A stretch of 64,000 nucleotides of DNA from Hemiscyllium ocellatum. Lineage: Eukaryota. Positions 60,963 to 64,000 of the stretch are shown in pieces. The stretch's first letter is position 1, and each line of letters begins with the position of its first letter. Below the pieces are notes generated by a model, which saw only the letters and a list, made by a program, of their open reading frames with translations, made no database searches and was not told the DNA's origin. Location: the NCBI RefSeq assembly GCF_020745735.1, contig NC_083404.1, positions 37,385,731 through 37,449,730 of the forward strand, given 5' to 3'. The translations under genes and the position numbers were made by a program.

Positions 60963-61140
60963 GGAAGATGTTCGTTCTCCGGCCAATGAATGGGAACGCG
61001 CAGTGGGACCTGGCCGCGGCCCAAGGATTGTGCAGAGAGCAGGGGGCGCGCCTGGCTACAGCTGACGAGCTGCGGCGAGCGGTGGAGGAGTGCGCGTTCA
61101 CAGAGTGTACCACTGGCTGGATCGCAGGCAACCAAATCGG
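60963..61140 (+). CDS. SUSD5: SUSD5 coding exon 2 (Link/Xlink domain, N-terminal part), 178 nt
   Basis: Polypyrimidine tract plus ccag|GG acceptor. Translation GKMFVLRPMNGNAQWDLAAAQGLCREQGARLATADELRRAVEECAFTECTTGWIAGNQIG resembles the SUSD5 Link domain ([25 protein letters not shown], recalled). Probable donor GG|gtacag. Confidence 0.85.
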
Positions 61141-61464
61141 GTACAGTTCCCTCATCTCCCCTCATTCCTATCCCACCCCAAAGGTTGGGGAATAATTTTC
61201 CTGAAAACTTTGGCTTTCCCAATGACAGCCTGCAATAACGTGATTGATTTCCATCCAAGATCCCTGAAACCGCTTAGTCCAGCATCAAAAACTCAATCCC
61301 AGGCGATACCTGTATTCACTAGACTATAATTAAAATATATCAATAATGCTGATTCCAAACACCAGTTCCTATAACGCCACTTTCCTCACAGTCTGACCTA
61401 TCTGTTTCCATCCCAAATTATTTCATCACCCGTTTCCTCTACTTTTGGCGAGGATTGTGATCTT

Positions 61465-61750
61465 TTGGATTGGATTAGATTCCCTCCAGTGTGGAAACAG
61501 GCCCTTCGGCCCAACCAGTCCACACCGACCCTCCGAAGAGTAACCCACCCCTCTCTGACTAAAGCACCTATCAATATGGGCAATTTAGCATGGCCAATCC
61601 ATCCTAACCAGCACATCTTTGGACTGTGGGAGGAAACAGGAGCAACCGGAAGAAACCCACTCAGTCACGGGGAGAATGTGCAAACTCCACACAGACAGTC
61701 GCCCCAAGGCCGTGGTGCTGTGAGGCAGCTGTGCTAACCACGGAGCCACT
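61465..61750 (-). mobile_element. HE1-like SINE in SUSD5 intron 2
   Basis: Tail ttagattagattccctccagtgtggaaacaggccc; head gtgaggcagctgtgctaacc. Confidence 0.88.
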
Positions 61751-63284
61751 GGGCTTCTGTCTAATTGTGCTTCTTCTACCTAGAGAATAACATACTTTTC
61801 TGAAGTATTTGTAGAACCTGCTAATTTACAGACTTTTGAATGACAGAGGAAACCTTCCCCCATTGTCTTTCTTAAGTAACGGGGGAAGAAATGAATGTAT
61901 GGAATGGTTAGACGAGAATCTATTGCCCAGATACCAACTCCTCCCCGGCAGCATGCAACGGTCTTGAACCGTTAACGTTTTTTTTCTGTGTAGGAGAAGC
62001 AAAACTGAACACGAATCTTATAAAATGAGGGGAAATAGTTTAACATTTATAAATGTTAAAGTGGATAGAACTGGTTATGCTTCAGTAAGTGCAGAGAAAT
62101 TTTGGAGAGATGGTTATGCAGCATGCAACCGAATAATTTACACTTTAATGAGTCAGTCTTCACATTGTTGGTTGAATATCAGAAAAGTGTTAATGTCGTA
62201 ATCAGCAATTAGAACTATCTGAAGATGTTCTCTCAGAGCAGCACAAATCATCATTGACATTTTTATTACCCTAGACTGTCTATAACAATGACTCATGAAT
62301 ACTGCGTGCAATAGTCAATTCTAACTCACTATGTTGTGTCTGTTCTTCAATGATTCAGGAAACAAACTCGGAATGTTGTTTAAATAGTGAGAAATGAGCT
62401 TATTTTTAGATTTATAACCCATCCAAATGAGATGAAATGACATTTTAACGGCTTTGTCCTCAAATGGAATTGGGCTTCAAATGGAATAAATTCCATGGGT
62501 GAACAAATATGTCCTAAAAGAATTATTATAAATTGTGACCACATCTGAATCAGGGATTAATCTTAAATTTTGGCAATAACAATTGTGCATTCCTATTAAC
62601 TCATGTGCATTGGTCATCTTTAGCTTAAAAACAAGAATGTTATTTACTTAAATTTATGAACTTTAAAGACGCAAGATCAAGATACATTATCTTGTCTTTT
62701 AGTTTTTGCCATTGAATATCAAATATTGCCACGATAACAGAGTTAAAAACTGAACAGAGCCGCCTTCTTCAACCCTAATCTCTTAATGACATCCCATCCC
62801 TTATTCACTGGAATAGTTTACAATCAGATACTCTCTGGGTGTTTTGTAGTTTCCGTGTGTCAGAATGTGAGCAGTTTTGTACCACGTGCTCAGCCTGAAC
62901 TGAACTGTGACCACTGAAACGCATCATAATAAAAACTGTTACGAAGTGAAGGGAAAGGCGGTGTCCACCTTGCGATTCTAACTCACAGCCAACTTTCATA
63001 CCTCTCCAAGTTCTCTCGTTTCTATGCTAACTCACTTATATCTGTGCTCTCTGGTTACCAATGTCCCTGCTAATGGAAGTAACCTCTCCCTAATCATTTC
63101 ATCAACGCCTCTCATAATTTTGATTTGAGTTGAACAAAGCTAGAAATTACAAGATTTATAATGATATGAATTTAGATAACTGAGTGTCATAGTCAGTTAA
63201 CAGATGTAGTCACTTCTGATATGTGCAAGTCAAATTCAACTCAGACTGATAGTCACAAAATTAGTTTTATGTGAAAGGAGTGAA

Positions 63285-64000
63285 GTGAGAGAGAGGAACT
63301 GAAGGAAATCAGTTTTAGTAGGGAAATGGTGTTGGGGAAATTGATGGGATTAAAGGCTAACAAATCCCAGGTTTTGACAATCTAGTACCAGAATACATAA
63401 AGAAGTGGCTCTAGAAATAGTGGATGCATTGGTGGTCACCTTTCAAGATTCTATAGACTCTGAAACATTTCCTACTGATTGAAATTTAGTTAATGTAACC
63501 CCACTACTTACAAAGGGAGGCTGGAATCAAACCTGGGTCCCTGGCATTGTGAAGCAGCAGAGCCAACCACTTGGATAACAGTGACAGGATTTGACAGAAT
63601 TAACATGTAAGTTATGAAACAAAAATCATGCTTGACAAATTATTTGGAATTATTCAAGGATATAACCAGTTGAATTGATCGGGGGAACCAGTGGATGTGG
63701 TTTATTTGGACTTTCAGAAGGCATTCAAAAGGTCCCACATAAGAACTTAACATGTAAAATTAAAGGGCATGTGATTGGGGATAGTGTACTGACATACATA
63801 GAGAACTGGCTGGCAGGCAGCAAACAAAGTATCTGAATAAACAGGTCATTTTCTGAGGAGCTGCCAGTGACCAGTGCTTGGATCCCAGTGATTCACAATA
63901 TACAGTAAAGATGTAGATGAGGGAATTAAATGTACAATCTCAAAATTTGCAGATGACACAAAGCTTTGTACGAGGGTATACTGTGAGGAGGATGCATGCT
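63285..64000 (+). mobile_element. Degenerate CR1-type RT fragment, running off the window
   Basis: gatgtggtttatttggactttcagaaggcattc (D.VYLDFQKAF) and aaatttgcagatgacacaaag (KFADDTK). Confidence 0.8.

Noticed and set aside
60963-61140. Link exon as HAPLN, CD44, TSG-6 or a lectican
   Set aside because: The ADELRR...C.F..CTTGW pattern and the preceding VRAHG-K signal exon fit SUSD5 better; not verified by a search.
1-64000. CRISPR arrays, rRNA or genuine tRNA genes
   Set aside because: None seen; tRNA-like sequences are SINE heads. The remaining short six-frame ORFs are repeat-derived or chance.

Overview
Eukaryotic genomic DNA from a cartilaginous fish. The repeat complement (HE1-like SINEs, CR1-type LINEs, Penelope-like elements) points to a shark, plausibly an orectolobiform. 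Left part (4-15 kb, minus strand): four intact antigen-receptor V segments, each with a leader exon, phase-1 intron, V exon and 23-type RSS. Their YYCAxW ends and HWYQ/R..RILY motifs fit T-cell receptor gamma V (TRGV); J and C segments were not found and should lie left of the window. Middle (~15-57 kb): a gene-free, retroelement-dense stretch. Right end (+ strand, divergent from the V genes): the first two coding exons of SUSD5 (signal peptide, Link domain). Most notable observations: an inverted copy of the distal V promoter aimed back at that V's RSS; a positionally conserved ETS-like motif in all four V promoters; hairpin mini-elements carrying minimal hammerhead-ribozyme cores; and a TSD-bounded 1.7 kb L1-like element with intact ORF1 but no ORF2 (HAL1-like). 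V numbering is by position in this window only. Repeat boundaries were read by eye and are approximate; family and gene names come from motif recognition, not database searches.
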